Assembly: GCA_051294905.1 (NCBI GenBank) | Contig: CM119372.1 | Location: 17,920,001 to 17,984,000, forward strand | DNA from: Botryllus schlosseri | Taxonomy: Eukaryota | Length of the DNA stretch: 64,000 nt | Direction of reading: 5' to 3' | Shown here: positions 63,601 through 64,000 of the stretch, one piece after another | How the letters are laid out: every line of letters starts with the position of its first letter | Position numbering within the stretch: the first letter of the stretch is position 1 | The notes under the pieces: generated by a model | Seen by the model: only the letters and a program-made list of their open reading frames with translations | The model's database searches: none | Told to the model about the DNA's origin: nothing | Translations under genes and position numbers: made by a program

Positions 63601-64000
63601 ATCTAGTTGGATCAAAATCCGCCCTTTGCATCCAAGTTGACAATAGTCAAGTAGATCTTCTTCATTTGCAATACGAACTTGCTGGTGGCAAGGTTTGTAT
63701 AGACGACATCCACTATATTATCGCACGTACCAAAGTTACATTACCACTTTATTGAGTAGTTTAGGGATGGGTTCAAAATTTGCACGGCTTTACACGTGTT
63801 ACCTTCTCTGTTCGCTGTAGAAATGAATTTAATTCCCACTGACTATTGAAAAAGTACTCTGGGCGGTGCGTTGTAAACTAACACCGAAACATACGTTCCT
63901 TGAACTTTCTAGAATCTAAATAAATATTTGATAGAGTAATGTATGAGCGTACTGCGTACATCTTATTGCTCGGTCAGACAAACGTCTCTACATTAAAACT

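Overview
Eukaryotic invertebrate genomic DNA with GT-AG introns; the style is compatible with a tunicate, but the species cannot be determined from the sequence alone. Left part: the 3' exons of a CFAP92/KIAA1257-like gene (+, 6596-12082) converge tail-to-tail with a complete glutamine synthetase II gene (-, 7 coding exons, 13234-17363, 370 aa). Middle (about 14-47 kb): many non-autonomous hAT elements, several with exact 8-bp target-site duplications and two with transposase C-terminal remnants, plus a split tRNA-derived SINE, a Penelope-like remnant and two minimal hammerhead ribozymes, interspersed with decayed coding-like DNA of unknown origin. Right part (about 47.7-63.1 kb), the most striking feature: a ~15 kb quasi-palindrome. 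Its core is a 4031-bp apparently identical inverted repeat (50453-54483 / 56008-60038) around a 1524-bp spacer. Each arm carries an intronless, RING-less 3xBIR IAP gene. The outer arms are more diverged, shuffled module mosaics; they include a stand-alone death-domain gene (right arm only) and tyrosine-motif repeats. This resembles a duplicated apoptosis/immune-modulation cassette, possibly of mobile-element or endogenous-virus origin (inference). Coordinates were read by eye and percent identities are rough estimates.
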